The notes below the pieces were generated by a model. The model saw nothing but the letters and a program-made list of their open reading frames with translations. It was not told where the DNA came from and did not search any database. A DNA stretch of 64,000 bases from a virus (taxonomy: Duplodnaviria > Caudoviricetes): positions 625-64,624 of the IMG/VR virus record IMGVR_UViG_3300032282_002415. The stretch is one strand, 5' to 3'. Shown here piece after piece: positions 16,336-26,157 of the stretch. Position 1 is the stretch's first letter, and each line of letters starts with the position of its first letter. The position numbers and the translations under genes were made by a program.

Positions 16336-16875
16336 TTATTTCCAGTTCGGTGATAGGGAGCTAAGTCGCTTAGCTCGGTTTAGGTTTACACCCATAGGTG
16401 AATCACTTTTTGCTGCTGGCCCTGCTTTACCATCATTAGGTAAGTGTGGAGCTGGTGCTAAATGTTGTGCATCTGAATTTCGACGTGAGATAAATACATT
16501 ACCATCTTGAACAGACTTCATTTGACGCCGAATACCGCGAGCATTATCTAATCCATCTGGATAGTAATAACTTGACTGGTCAATGCGCTCGCCTTTATGA
16601 ACACCACGTTGGTAACCGCGTTGTCCAATGCGAATTTTAAGTGAGTCTAAAACATTTTCTGAGGCGCTGTTAGGACGTCCACGGTCATCACGACGAGTAC
16701 GAATTGTTCCTAAATAACCATCTGGATATTCGGCAGATGGTTGACGTCCTACACCTAAGCGAAGGAAATCTAATTCGGAACGGGCAACAGGAACACCACC
16801 GCCACCATAATTGGTGTTGGTTCCATACATCCCAGCTGCGCCGAGATTTTGGACATTTTGATGTGGACCTGGCAT
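16336..16875 (-). CDS. basic Gly/Arg-rich hypothetical protein, first gene of the small-protein operon
   Basis: Leaderless start: TATAAT 6 nt upstream of ATG. Confidence 0.7.
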   Translation of the reverse strand: MPGPHQNVQNLGAAGMYGTNTNYGGGGVPVARSELDFLRLGVGRQPSAEYPDGYLGTIRTRRDDRGRPNSASENVLDSLKIRIGQRGYQRGVHKGERIDQSSYYYPDGLDNARGIRRQMKSVQDGNVFISRRNSDAQHLAPAPHLPNDGKAGPAAKSDSPMGVNLNRAKRLSSLSPNWK

Positions 16876-16889
16876 GGTTACATTATAGG

Positions 16890-18059
16890 TTAACGAAACC
16901 CACCAAGTACGGTTAATTCACGACGAGAATCAAACCCATCGCCAACTACCATAGAAACAATTCCTGGGGCACTTTCCATGCCCGATTTATCTCTATACCA
17001 AGCTGAACCGCCATCCATTGCTGGGTTTTGGATAAACAACCGTGGCCCCACACTTTGTGCGTGGTAGTGGTGTAAGTGACCTACATTTAAAATATCAGCA
17101 TGGGCTACAGAACAACGACCCATAGATTGACCGTGCCACCATTTAACCATATCTCTGGCTTGATGACCATGAGCCATACCATATAAAACTCCACTTAAAT
17201 TAACAGCAAGGGTGCTGTCATCTAGGGCTGGGTAACGAAACTCAACGCGGTCTTTAAGGAACTCGTTTTCCATACAGGCATCTTCTACTGCCTTAACAAT
17301 CTCTAACGCCCACGAATCTTCTGGACGACTTACTAAGAACCGCTGTACTTCATCGTGGTTTCCTGGAACTACTGGAACAATAATCTTTGGCGCTAATTGT
17401 GCCATCTCTTTAATCTGTTTCATAAGTACTCGGCGCCCCACCTGTACTTGCTGAGATACTCCAATATCGTGACGCCCCATAACTTTACCCTTTTGGCTAG
17501 TCATACCTTCAATACAGTCGCCCAGTTGTGGCAGAGCAATCTGACCTATCTTGTACTTACTAGATAAAAATGCGTGGTGCTCTACTGACTCGTTGATAGC
17601 TCTTAACATATGGTTTACGATTGATGGCGTATCGTCTTTACCGTATTGTGTATCACCAACGCTATATACAGCGGTTAGTTCCCCCGCAAAATCATTGGAC
17701 TTACTTGGTGTCCAAATTGCTATTTCTTCCATTAATTTTTCAGCATCAAAATCTTTTACATTTCCACGGGCGGGAATGATATTAAGACGAATAGATGTTA
17801 GCCAAGTTTCATCCCATCGTTGCCAGCGCCCTTGGCGCATATTGACAACTTCCCACTCATCTGGGTTAAGGCCTGCCTCTATTAAAGCATCTCTAGCGCC
17901 TGGAATGTTCTCTCCTACTGCTGGAGTAGAAACAATAAATCCGCCCTCTGCGCCAATTTCAGAACGTGGTCGCCATGAGTCTGGAACATCTTTTATGATG
18001 TTATCTGAACCTTCTTTGCCTGTTCGTACAAACTCATTGAACTCATCTTTTATCGACAT
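16890..18059 (-). CDS. calcineurin-like metallophosphoesterase
   Basis: GDTQ, LGD, PGNHD, AHGH and GHLHH motifs. Confidence 0.85.
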   Translation of the reverse strand: MSIKDEFNEFVRTGKEGSDNIIKDVPDSWRPRSEIGAEGGFIVSTPAVGENIPGARDALIEAGLNPDEWEVVNMRQGRWQRWDETWLTSIRLNIIPARGNVKDFDAEKLMEEIAIWTPSKSNDFAGELTAVYSVGDTQYGKDDTPSIVNHMLRAINESVEHHAFLSSKYKIGQIALPQLGDCIEGMTSQKGKVMGRHDIGVSQQVQVGRRVLMKQIKEMAQLAPKIIVPVVPGNHDEVQRFLVSRPEDSWALEIVKAVEDACMENEFLKDRVEFRYPALDDSTLAVNLSGVLYGMAHGHQARDMVKWWHGQSMGRCSVAHADILNVGHLHHYHAQSVGPRLFIQNPAMDGGSAWYRDKSGMESAPGIVSMVVGDGFDSRRELTVLGGFR

Positions 18060-18280
18060 GGGCACCATTTTTTTCTATGACTTTTAAATGCGGTAAGTCC
18101 ACAATTTAAGTTTGGGAAACGCGAGTTAAAAAATCTATGCAAACTTGCTGTAGATGCCCCGCTATTTAAAAGCTCAACAATGTCGCTTCTCAGAGGCTCA
18201 TCTTGTTCACTTATCCATAGACCCAACAGACAATAGTTCTTCTGATTTGAGAACATGAAATTCTTCACGCCGTAATTCAA
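18050..18280 (-). CDS. small hypothetical protein (possible HTH with terminal H/C cluster); start uncertain
   Basis: C...H..K.C.C pattern immediately upstream of the phosphoesterase. Confidence 0.5.
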   Translation of the reverse strand: MNYGVKNFMFSNQKNYCLLGLWISEQDEPLRSDIVELLNSGASTASLHRFFNSRFPNLNCGLTAFKSHRKKWCPCR

Positions 18281-18318
18281 CCATAGATATGTGTACTACG
18301 CAATAGTGACACAAAAAC

Positions 18319-18348
18319 AAAACCCCCCAATTTCTTGGGGGGCTAATG
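18319..18348 (-). terminator. intrinsic terminator
   Basis: ccccccaa/ttgggggg stem followed by a T-run on the - strand, after the 18358 ORF. Confidence 0.65.
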
Positions 18349-18357
18349 TTTATTTAA

Positions 18358-18687
18358 TTATTCAGACATACCAGATTTGAAGTTTGGGGCTGAACGGTTG
18401 GTAGATGCAGGAAGCAAACGACCATTACCTTGAGTAGCACCAGCTTCTGGAGCAACTTGCTTTTGAAATCCAACTTTAATGCCGTAACGAGCGCCTGCGC
18501 GGTCAATCATAGTTTTAGTGCGAGATGGCTTTGCCATCTTTGTTGGGTCACCAGCAGCTGTGTTCTTCTTCTTCATAAGTGTTCCCTTTTCAACAGGGGC
18601 AACACGTGGCTTAGAACCAGTAGCATTTTTTGGCTCTGCTGAAGTAGGAGCAATTGGTGCTGGGTTTTTCTTAGAATCTGTTTTCAT
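18358..18687 (-). CDS. basic low-complexity hypothetical protein
   Basis: AAGGA SD, K/A/P/T-rich. Confidence 0.65.
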   Translation of the reverse strand: MKTDSKKNPAPIAPTSAEPKNATGSKPRVAPVEKGTLMKKKNTAAGDPTKMAKPSRTKTMIDRAGARYGIKVGFQKQVAPEAGATQGNGRLLPASTNRSAPNFKSGMSE

Positions 18688-18746
18688 TTTATTTCCTTTG
18701 CAAAGGGGTTTATTAAAGATAAGGCATTTTTGCCTTAAAAAATGCC

Positions 18747-19028
18747 TTAACCTGCTGCCGTTACAACAAATACTATGGCAGATATTTCACCATCGTGACT
18801 TTTGATGCTGGCAAAACCAGGGATACAACTTAAATCTAAACCTCTGGGGGCGCAGTAACCACGGGCAATAGCAATGGCTTTAACGGCTTGATTTACCGCT
18901 CCAGCTCCTACAGCACGGATTTTGCACCCACGGGTCTCATAAATGCTGTGGGCAATTGCTGATGCTACGGCTTGTGGATTAGACCCCGCACTAACGCGCA
19001 GGATTTGTTCTTCTTGTGCTTCTGACAT
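18747..19028 (-). CDS. spoVS: SpoVS-family (Alba-like) nucleic-acid-binding protein
   Basis: ILRVSAGSNP..VA.AIA...IRAVGAGAVNQAVKAIAIARGY.AP.G.DL.CIPGF follows the SpoVS signature throughout. Confidence 0.9.
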   Translation of the reverse strand: MSEAQEEQILRVSAGSNPQAVASAIAHSIYETRGCKIRAVGAGAVNQAVKAIAIARGYCAPRGLDLSCIPGFASIKSHDGEISAIVFVVTAAG

Positions 19029-19095
19029 GATTACCTCATTATGCTCGAATTAGTAGTACCCGTAAATTATGGGTACTACCAGAGGTAATGTCAGG

Positions 19096-19269
19096 TCAAA
19101 CGTCTATAGGGGTTGGGGCTGTGGCTAGAGCACCGCAAAGGGCGCACTCCATATCTAACATATACATAGATATTTCGCCATCTTCAAAGGTGGCTTTTAC
19201 ATCCCAAAGTATGGAACCGCAAACACATACATGTAGCGGGTTTTCCCTGTCCCGTAAATCAAGAGGCAT
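19096..19269 (-). CDS. small zinc-ribbon protein (57 aa, not in the ORF track)
   Basis: MPLDLRDRENPLHVCVCGS...MECALCG...PTPIDV*. Confidence 0.65.
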   Translation of the reverse strand: MPLDLRDRENPLHVCVCGSILWDVKATFEDGEISMYMLDMECALCGALATAPTPIDV

Positions 19270-19501
19270 CTAGCTCAATCTTTCCTTCATTCTGAGCCAC
19301 CATAATTTTAGGGGAAACGAAGAACAACACCTCGCGCCAATAACACGTCATACAGCCACAGTATGGTTGACCTGAAAGAACCTCTGGCTCTTCTAAATCT
19401 TCATCACCGTAAACATAAAAGTTTTGTAGGCTGTCAATATATTCGTCTAAATCTTGTTGTAATTTTTCTGCCCATTTTTCATCATTAATAAAAAAGCTCA
19501 T
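19259..19501 (-). CDS. hypothetical protein (CGCxxC)
   Basis: GGAGG SD. Confidence 0.6.
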   Translation of the reverse strand: MSFFINDEKWAEKLQQDLDEYIDSLQNFYVYGDEDLEEPEVLSGQPYCGCMTCYWREVLFFVSPKIMVAQNEGKIELDAS

Positions 19502-19668
19502 TTACTTCCTCCCCAACCGCCACCTTTAAAATGAATTGCTGGTGGAGTGAACACTTTGCTCATAGTTACATTACATTTTTGGCATTTAGGAAACGGGTCG
19601 TCTCCCTCTACCATAACAATTTCTACTACTGAATCACACTCAATACATTTAAAATCAAACCGTGGCAT
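19498..19668 (-). CDS. FmdB-family zinc-ribbon protein (56 aa, not in the ORF track)
   Basis: MPRFDFKCIEC...CQKC..MSKVF...IHFKGGGW. Confidence 0.8.
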   Translation of the reverse strand: MPRFDFKCIECDSVVEIVMVEGDDPFPKCQKCNVTMSKVFTPPAIHFKGGGWGGSK

Positions 19669-19930
19669 ATTCGCCCACTTTTTTATAAGTAGTTGTTGTC
19701 TGTGTAATTGTCATACTTTTATGATAAAAACGAGGTGTGTGATAAGAGCAAGTGTTCCCACCGTATGAGAACTCAAGATGATGCTGTGTTTTTTCTACAG
19801 CAGTTTTATCATTACACGAACATACGGCTCGGTAATCTGACTCTAGTTTCTTTACTAATTCTTGTGCAGCTCTTAATTGTCCTAAAATTACATACGCTTC
19901 TTTTTTATTCATTGTCCCCATACCCTGCAT
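19655..19930 (-). CDS. hypothetical protein; start uncertain
   Basis: ORF track. Confidence 0.5.
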   Translation of the reverse strand: MQGMGTMNKKEAYVILGQLRAAQELVKKLESDYRAVCSCNDKTAVEKTQHHLEFSYGGNTCSYHTPRFYHKSMTITQTTTTYKKVGEYATV

Positions 19931-20252
19931 CCCTTAGTAGTTTAACAAAATCCTCAAGGCGCAATAGTGTAACCCATTCGCCAATGTTTACCTCACCTTG
20001 TCCGTTAAGACGCAGTACGGCAACTGGTAAGTCTTTACCATTATGTCGTTCCTTCAACTGTTTGATAGCAGCTGTTGGATTAAATCCCGTACGAGATTTT
20101 ACTTCCCAATCTATGCCTACTGTACCTGTAACATCACTGCCGCTTCTACCTGCTCCAGCAGACTCAGCAAAAGGAAACCCGTGCTCAGCTAAATACATAG
20201 CTAACACTTTTTGACTGCGGTAGCCCCTATGTTTGCGGGATTGACTAGGCAT
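19905..20252 (-). CDS. Holliday junction resolvase (Hjc-like PD-(D/E)xK)
   Basis: RKHRG...GSDV...WEVK. Confidence 0.75.
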   Translation of the reverse strand: MPSQSRKHRGYRSQKVLAMYLAEHGFPFAESAGAGRSGSDVTGTVGIDWEVKSRTGFNPTAAIKQLKERHNGKDLPVAVLRLNGQGEVNIGEWVTLLRLEDFVKLLRDAGYGDNE

Positions 20253-20749
20253 CAGGCGGTAAACTTATTGTTTCTCATACGGTCAGCTGAAGTACGGCGG
20301 GTCAACTCACGGCTGGCTAAGTTGTAGTACCTTTCTAAATTATCTTGAGTAGTTTCAAGCAACTTACGATAGGCATAGGCATAGTTCTTTATCTTTAACT
20401 TTGCCTGGATGTCTTCTCTTACCAATACAGCAGCCTTTAACAAGCCCGCTTTTTCAGTAGTCTTTCCAGTAGAAGTATTTAGTAGCGCCATCGCTTCAGT
20501 AAAGTCGTAATCGTTCTCAGCCTCAAGCTCTGCTATTTGAGCACAGGATACTTGAGTACGAACCATGTTGTAATTCTCCATATATTTGGAGGCCAACACC
20601 ATTAGGTCTTGGTCATCCATCAAAGTAACATCATCTGGAAAATTAGGAATAGCCATGTCTAAAGTTTGGCGAATAGGTAACCCTTGTCGCTCTAGTACTT
20701 TAATTATTTCTTCGCTAATGCCTGTAGTAACAAGGTTAAGCATTTTCAT
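20252..20749 (-). CDS. coiled-coil protein, possibly a UvsY-like recombination mediator
   Basis: Helical; sits in the recombination cluster; ends SRELTRR. Confidence 0.45.
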   Translation of the reverse strand: MKMLNLVTTGISEEIIKVLERQGLPIRQTLDMAIPNFPDDVTLMDDQDLMVLASKYMENYNMVRTQVSCAQIAELEAENDYDFTEAMALLNTSTGKTTEKAGLLKAAVLVREDIQAKLKIKNYAYAYRKLLETTQDNLERYYNLASRELTRRTSADRMRNNKFTA

Positions 20750-21617
20750 ACCCCTTACATTGATAGCAGCCTTCGTTAGGGCTTATATTACAAGTAGGGG
20801 GTGTACGGCTGTCAACTGCATCCACAATGGCTTGTGCGGCCTCCAAGATAGGTGTCACGCCAAAGTCACTCTTTTGTACTACAAACTCTTTTGCTTCCTG
20901 TGTAGCCTTATTCTCATATAGAAATAGTGCTTCTTGAGGTTGATGTTCTAGCCCAATTAACTCCGCCAATTTCATATACATCTGAGCCTGCATAATGTGG
21001 CTCATAAATGGCGCTTGTAACGCTTTCCACATCTTGTCAATCTCACCGTTATGTTCATAGGTAAGTTCTGGTGCTTCAAATCTAAATGTTCCAGCTCCTA
21101 CAGATTTAATTTCAAGCATTAAAGGCTCACCAAATCCAATAAGGATTCCATCTGCGTGACCAGATATACGAAGCTTGTCATACATTAATGACACTTCTCT
21201 ATACTCAAAGTTAGTGCCATCACAGATAGGACAGGACTTATCTCCCATGCCCCATTCTTTTAACCCGCACTTTGTACACTGGTAGATTCCGTACAGGGTT
21301 CCCATGTTTTGAAAAATAGTTTGCCAACCAGCATGAATGTCGTGGCCTGTTTGGAATACCCGTTTCTGGCGCAAAGTAACACGATACTTACTTGGCGGTG
21401 GAGCAAAGCCTAGTAATTGAAAGTAAGACGAGCGATGGCACCAATCAGACTTAACCATAGCTGAAGGGTGTAATACGTCTGAGCGACGGTCTGAAGGCTC
21501 TGGTCGAGCAATTAAATCACGCTCTACAGAAGATAATACGCGGCTATCTTTTTTACCCGCATCAATAAACTTCTTTAATGCTCCTGTTGCTTTAAATCCG
21601 CTTGCCTTTGCTGTCAT
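20736..21617 (-). CDS. Cas4/RecB-like PD-(D/E)xK exonuclease
   Basis: HPS..C, GHADG, LEIKS, QAQMY and C-terminal C-x7-CxxC. Confidence 0.85.
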   Translation of the reverse strand: MTAKASGFKATGALKKFIDAGKKDSRVLSSVERDLIARPEPSDRRSDVLHPSAMVKSDWCHRSSYFQLLGFAPPPSKYRVTLRQKRVFQTGHDIHAGWQTIFQNMGTLYGIYQCTKCGLKEWGMGDKSCPICDGTNFEYREVSLMYDKLRISGHADGILIGFGEPLMLEIKSVGAGTFRFEAPELTYEHNGEIDKMWKALQAPFMSHIMQAQMYMKLAELIGLEHQPQEALFLYENKATQEAKEFVVQKSDFGVTPILEAAQAIVDAVDSRTPPTCNISPNEGCYQCKGYENA

Positions 21618-21933
21618 TATTAACTACCCATTCTTCCAATGTAAGCCCTACCTTAGCAGCTTTTCTCTTAAGTGCATTTCTCTCACGGTGTGAAAGGCCG
21701 CCCCAAATTCCATGTTGTTCATCCATCTTCTCTGAATAGAGTAAGCACTGAAGTCTAACTGGACACTCTGGTGCGCCATCTCGTCCAAAACAGACGGCTT
21801 TTGATTTATCTGCAATTGTTTTATATTTTGCTTTGTCTCGCGGTGGATACCAAATTTCAGTATCCATTCCGCGACATTTCGCTGTGTAACGCCAGTCTTC
21901 TACGTTACCTGAGCCTTCGTATGACAAGTGCAC
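21592..21933 (-). CDS. whiB: WhiB-family transcription factor
   Basis: AKC...C...CPVRLQC...HGIWGGLSHRER. Confidence 0.92.
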   Translation of the reverse strand: MHLSYEGSGNVEDWRYTAKCRGMDTEIWYPPRDKAKYKTIADKSKAVCFGRDGAPECPVRLQCLLYSEKMDEQHGIWGGLSHRERNALKRKAAKVGLTLEEWVVNNDSKGKRI

Positions 21934-22253
21934 TCCTGAAGATTAAGGCGCAGTTCCAGGAAGTCGTCTTCTAAAAGCATAATGTAGTTCTCGTTGTTAA
22001 GACTTATGCCAAAGACAGGCATACGGCTATCAAGAATTGCTTCTTTGACAATTTTCTCCAGAACTGTCGCTTTGACAGTAAAGGTAGCTTTGCCAGTCCA
22101 CTTATGCTCTATAAGCAAATCGTCAGACCTAACATCGCCTTTACGACTCCAGAAGGCACCGCTCCCAGCGTTGCGCTTTCCATCTACCAACTTAGCGAGT
22201 CGTGCCTCATGCTTCTTAGACTGCTTTTGTCCTTCACTCCTCATCGGAGTCAT
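21900..22253 (-). CDS. PD-(D/E)xK endonuclease / resolvase-like protein
   Basis: SGA..KGDV...IEHK. Confidence 0.7.
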   Translation of the reverse strand: MTPMRSEGQKQSKKHEARLAKLVDGKRNAGSGAFWSRKGDVRSDDLLIEHKWTGKATFTVKATVLEKIVKEAILDSRMPVFGISLNNENYIMLLEDDFLELRLNLQECTCHTKAQVT

Positions 22254-23289
22254 CTGCTACGAACTTAGACCCAGCTTTAATTGAGTCCAATACATCGCGC
22301 TCTAAGGTTTCTTTCAGGTCTATTTCTTCCCGTATGGAGATAAGCATAGCATCTGCTCCCTGCCATTGTCTTTCGGCATACCGATAGTAAGCACCTGCTC
22401 GTACGATTACTTTATTGATGATTCCCATCGCCACAATTTCTTTAGCAAAGTCATAGTTTCCTCGGTCAACTGGCCCACCTGGGGCAAAGTAAAAGTCCAA
22501 GAACGCTGTCTGTGAAGGAGGGGCAGATTTGTTCTTAAGTGTACGAATCTTAATGGTTTGCCCAATTCGGTGCTTATCTTGACCAGTTCCAGCATCTATC
22601 CAATCATCTCTTTTAATTTCAACGCGAGTAAAAAACGCATAGTCCTTGCCTAGTCCACCTGGGGTAGTTCTAGGGTCACCGTACATTACGCCAATTTTTG
22701 AACGCCACTGGTTAATAATTAACCCAATAAATGGGCGCTCATCTTCGGTAAGGCTACGCTTTGAAGCTTTGCCTACTTTTCTAAAAAACTTGTTAGTTAA
22801 TAATGCGGAACGCCCTACAGTAGATTCTTCCATTTGCTTTTCGTCCTCTGAACTAGGGACAAGAGCAGGAAGGGAGTCAATAACAATGCAATCAACAACC
22901 TTGCTTTCAGTGAACTCAATAGCCGCTTCATAGGCTTCCTCCATAATATTAGATGAGATTACATAAATACGAGATAAATCTACCCCGCACATTTCTGCAT
23001 AGGCAGGAACCCATTGCTCGGCAGCAATCCAAACAGTAGTGAACTCTGGGTCTCTCTTTTGATTAGCAGCAACAGTTTTTAAAGCGATTGCTGTTTTACC
23101 ATTACTTGCTTCACCAATTAATTCATGCCACTGATTAACAGGCCACCCACCACCTAGCGCCACATCAAAAGATAATGACCCTGTAGTAATACGACCCGTA
23201 CCTTCTAATATATCTTCACCTAGAACAACGGTATCGGCGCCAAATTTCTTATTAATCTTGTTAATAACTTTTAATAGTTCTGCGTTCAT
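22234..23289 (-). CDS. recA: RecA-family recombinase
   Basis: TGSLSFDVALGGG, Walker A GEASNGKT, IVIDSL, INQWR and TTPGG. Confidence 0.93.
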   Translation of the reverse strand: MNAELLKVINKINKKFGADTVVLGEDILEGTGRITTGSLSFDVALGGGWPVNQWHELIGEASNGKTAIALKTVAANQKRDPEFTTVWIAAEQWVPAYAEMCGVDLSRIYVISSNIMEEAYEAAIEFTESKVVDCIVIDSLPALVPSSEDEKQMEESTVGRSALLTNKFFRKVGKASKRSLTEDERPFIGLIINQWRSKIGVMYGDPRTTPGGLGKDYAFFTRVEIKRDDWIDAGTGQDKHRIGQTIKIRTLKNKSAPPSQTAFLDFYFAPGGPVDRGNYDFAKEIVAMGIINKVIVRAGAYYRYAERQWQGADAMLISIREEIDLKETLERDVLDSIKAGSKFVADDSDEE

Positions 23290-23648
23290 TAAATATGTCC
23301 AATGATTGTCTGTGGATTAAAGCCACCTGTTGCTACTTGTCTAGAAGCTTGAGCTGGGCCAGAAGCTTGCCCACCGCCTGCGATACCTTTGCCAACTCCA
23401 GAACCTGATTGAGTTAACGGATACCCGCAATCATAGCAACGTGGTCGTGCTTCAGGAGTTGCCCCGCCATAATTTCCGCTACCGCAACCTGGACATCTGG
23501 AAGCGTTAGTTGCTGATGCTGGAAGCGTATGTTGCCTAACATCTGGAGGAAGATACACGGGTTGCGGAGTTGTCGGAGGTGTTGATACCACTCGCTGTTG
23601 CGGTGCTGATTGAGGTGTTCCTAGTTTATCTGCCCACCAATTACTCAT
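23289..23648 (-). CDS. zinc-ribbon hypothetical protein
   Basis: CPGCGS...CYDCG. Confidence 0.65.
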   Translation of the reverse strand: MSNWWADKLGTPQSAPQQRVVSTPPTTPQPVYLPPDVRQHTLPASATNASRCPGCGSGNYGGATPEARPRCYDCGYPLTQSGSGVGKGIAGGGQASGPAQASRQVATGGFNPQTIIGHI

Positions 23649-24126
23649 CTTTTATCTCCTTAAAAAAAGACCCAATGCTGGTTGCATTAGGGTACAAAAT
23701 ACCTAGTTCCATACCAGAAGAAAATGCTGACACTAAAGCTGAGAACCCAACTACATGATAAAGGTCTCTCATAATAGCAACATCGTTTTCTAAATCCTCT
23801 GTGCTACCTTCTTTTCCTAATTCTAATAACTGAGTAGTGGTAATAATCTTTGCGTTTAATTCGCTAATAATGTCAAGGTAGGGAAGTAGAGCGTCTAAAC
23901 GTTCTAATCTAAGAGCACTATCTTCAGTTTCTTTTTCATCGCCTTCATCGCTTACTGGATTTAATCCAAGAGCAACCGCTAACTCATTAGGGTCTTCAAG
24001 GCTTAAATCGTATAAATACCAACGCGTAAGTGTGCTAAAAGGTATTTCACTTTTAATAACTTTATACTCGTCATCTTCTCTGCGCTTAAAAAATTTACCG
24101 AGCCAGTTCACTTTGCTTCTCCCCAT
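23641..24126 (-). CDS. hypothetical protein; start uncertain
   Basis: ORF track. Confidence 0.6.
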   Translation of the reverse strand: MGRSKVNWLGKFFKRREDDEYKVIKSEIPFSTLTRWYLYDLSLEDPNELAVALGLNPVSDEGDEKETEDSALRLERLDALLPYLDIISELNAKIITTTQLLELGKEGSTEDLENDVAIMRDLYHVVGFSALVSAFSSGMELGILYPNATSIGSFFKEIKDE

Positions 24127-26081
24127 CTTTGTACGATTTTTACATCAGCAATAAGAGGTACCTCAAGAAGATGGATGTCTTCCATAGCCGTTCTAATAGC
24201 CTCTGCAGTTTCTTCCGCAATACTATCTGGTGCCACTGTCACAATTTCATCGTGGATAGTAAGTATTAATCGTGATTCACTAGGAATCATTTTGTGTGCC
24301 CGAATCATAGCAAGTTTAATGATGTCAGCTGCAGAGCCCTGAATACGCGTGTTGAACGCCTGTCGCTCCGCTGAGGACTTAAACCCAAAGTCTCTTGAGT
24401 TAATATCAGGTAGGTATCTGCGTCGCCCAAGAATGGTGCTTACATACCCTTTAGCTCTGGTACCGCCTACTACGCGTAAACGGTAGCGATTAACAGCATT
24501 AAACTTAGCAGAGAAGTCATTAAGTAGTTTCTTAGCTTCGGTAACAGAGCAACCAATTTGACTAGCAATCTTGTCAGGGCCAACTCCGTATGCCATAGCC
24601 AACACTAAAACCTTGCCTGCCTTGCGGTCTACCCCCATAGTGTCACCTACGGTTGTATAAATATCTCCACCATCAAGGTAATTCTTCATCATAATTGGGT
24701 CTTGTGCCATAGACGCAATAACTCTAGGTTCAATTTGAGAATAGTCAGCAACAATTAGCTTGTATCCCTCTGGAGCGTAGAACAAGTTACGAATCGCTTT
24801 ACCGTGAGCGGTGTGAGGCGCTGGAACATTTTGTAGGTTTGGGTTACGGCTAGAAAATCGACCTGTCTCAGCACCATGCTGTACAAAGTCACAGTGAATC
24901 TTTCCATCAATCAACAGGCTTTCCTTATGCTCTACCTTCACCTTTCCATTACTGGTACGGGTTACATTTCCGCCCAAATAAGGGATTACATAGGTAGTCA
25001 ACAACTTATTTAAGTCTGAATATTCAAGCATAGCTTTAACAAGGGGGTTAGTCTCTCGGTAAATTTCCAAAGCCTCGCCCGCTACTGAGTAGTCTGAGAT
25101 AAGCAACGGCAATCCTTCTTCATCTTTCTTCTTACCATTGGTAGTCAATATCTTAGGTTTAATGCCTTGACCGCCATCATCTTTCTTACCGTATAAAACT
25201 TCTTGTTTATCTGGATTAGAGTTAATGTTAAATACCTTGCCCGCAATTCTATAAATATCAGACCGCGCTTTTTCAATGTCAATCTCTAGCTGAGTATGTA
25301 AAACCTCTAGCTGACTTGTATCTATAGGCGCACCCGACAACTTCATGGCGCAGAGAACCTCTAGCACTCCCATTTCTAAATTCATCACCTTAGTTAGCTG
25401 TCCTTCTTCTAACTTTGGAACTAATGACTTGTGTAAAAGGAATGTGTAACGGGCATCTAAATACGCGTACTTAGCTACTTCTTCAAATGAATATTTCTCT
25501 ACCTCTTTACCCACACCTTTAACCATGTGGTATCCAAATTCTCTAGCCAAGCAATCATCTAAACCGCACTTATTCTTGTTCCTATTGTCAGACAAAAAAG
25601 ACGCAATCATTGTGTCAAAATATGGGCCTGTAGGAACTTTACCTTCGTAATATTTGGCAAGGGAAGTTAAGTCAAATATTAAGTTATGCCCTACCAGTAA
25701 ACGGTCAGGGGCAAACATCAAAGGCTTTAACGTTGCAAATACTTCGGCAGGGAAAAGCTGTGTAGGTGCTGGGCCAAAAGTAGTAGTGGCTTTCTTTTTA
25801 TCCCTAGAGTAATCGCTCTCTCGGGCCGTTAATCCTGCTAGTACACGCTTCTCACCTTGACCAGTAAGTGGGTACTCCATAGATAAAAACGAACCGTTGG
25901 GATGACCCATAGGAATAACATCACCGCGACCATGAGTAGCAAATGAAATCCATAAAACTTCATTAACAACCGTTATACCACGTTGTGGGCCAACAGTTTC
26001 TACGTCATAGGCAAATGAATCTTGAGTTAAATAGAACGCAACCATCTCATCAAGTTGCTCTTTTGTTGTAATTATATTCAT
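24108..26081 (-). CDS. polA: family A DNA polymerase with 3'-5' exonuclease
   Basis: DVET, HNLIFD, YAYLD, TGRFSS..PNLQN, DYSQIE.R, QGSAADI.K and IHDEI. Confidence 0.95.
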   Translation of the reverse strand: MNIITTKEQLDEMVAFYLTQDSFAYDVETVGPQRGITVVNEVLWISFATHGRGDVIPMGHPNGSFLSMEYPLTGQGEKRVLAGLTARESDYSRDKKKATTTFGPAPTQLFPAEVFATLKPLMFAPDRLLVGHNLIFDLTSLAKYYEGKVPTGPYFDTMIASFLSDNRNKNKCGLDDCLAREFGYHMVKGVGKEVEKYSFEEVAKYAYLDARYTFLLHKSLVPKLEEGQLTKVMNLEMGVLEVLCAMKLSGAPIDTSQLEVLHTQLEIDIEKARSDIYRIAGKVFNINSNPDKQEVLYGKKDDGGQGIKPKILTTNGKKKDEEGLPLLISDYSVAGEALEIYRETNPLVKAMLEYSDLNKLLTTYVIPYLGGNVTRTSNGKVKVEHKESLLIDGKIHCDFVQHGAETGRFSSRNPNLQNVPAPHTAHGKAIRNLFYAPEGYKLIVADYSQIEPRVIASMAQDPIMMKNYLDGGDIYTTVGDTMGVDRKAGKVLVLAMAYGVGPDKIASQIGCSVTEAKKLLNDFSAKFNAVNRYRLRVVGGTRAKGYVSTILGRRRYLPDINSRDFGFKSSAERQAFNTRIQGSAADIIKLAMIRAHKMIPSESRLILTIHDEIVTVAPDSIAEETAEAIRTAMEDIHLLEVPLIADVKIVQRWGEAK

Positions 26082-26084
26082 AGT

Positions 26085-26157
26085 TCCCCTAAAAGCAGAA
26101 GGGCTAAGTCAGGGGATGGCGACTTAGCCCTTCTACATCTGTTAGTTAGGCTAAGTC
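26085..26157 (-). promoter_or_regulatory. stem-loop / attenuator-like element between ssb and polA
   Basis: 14-bp stem 26097-26110/26121-26134 followed by GCTTTT; a third copy of the arm lies at 26149-26157; the loop is complementary to the polA SD. Confidence 0.65.

Noticed and set aside
20736-21617. CRISPR-Cas system suggested by the Cas4-like gene
   Set aside because: It is a solo nuclease in the recombination cluster, with no cas1, cas2 or array.
23641-24126. MGRSK start as another member of the MGRxN tag family
   Set aside because: It lacks the Asn and DF/EL residues, overlaps the polA end, and the true start is probably downstream.
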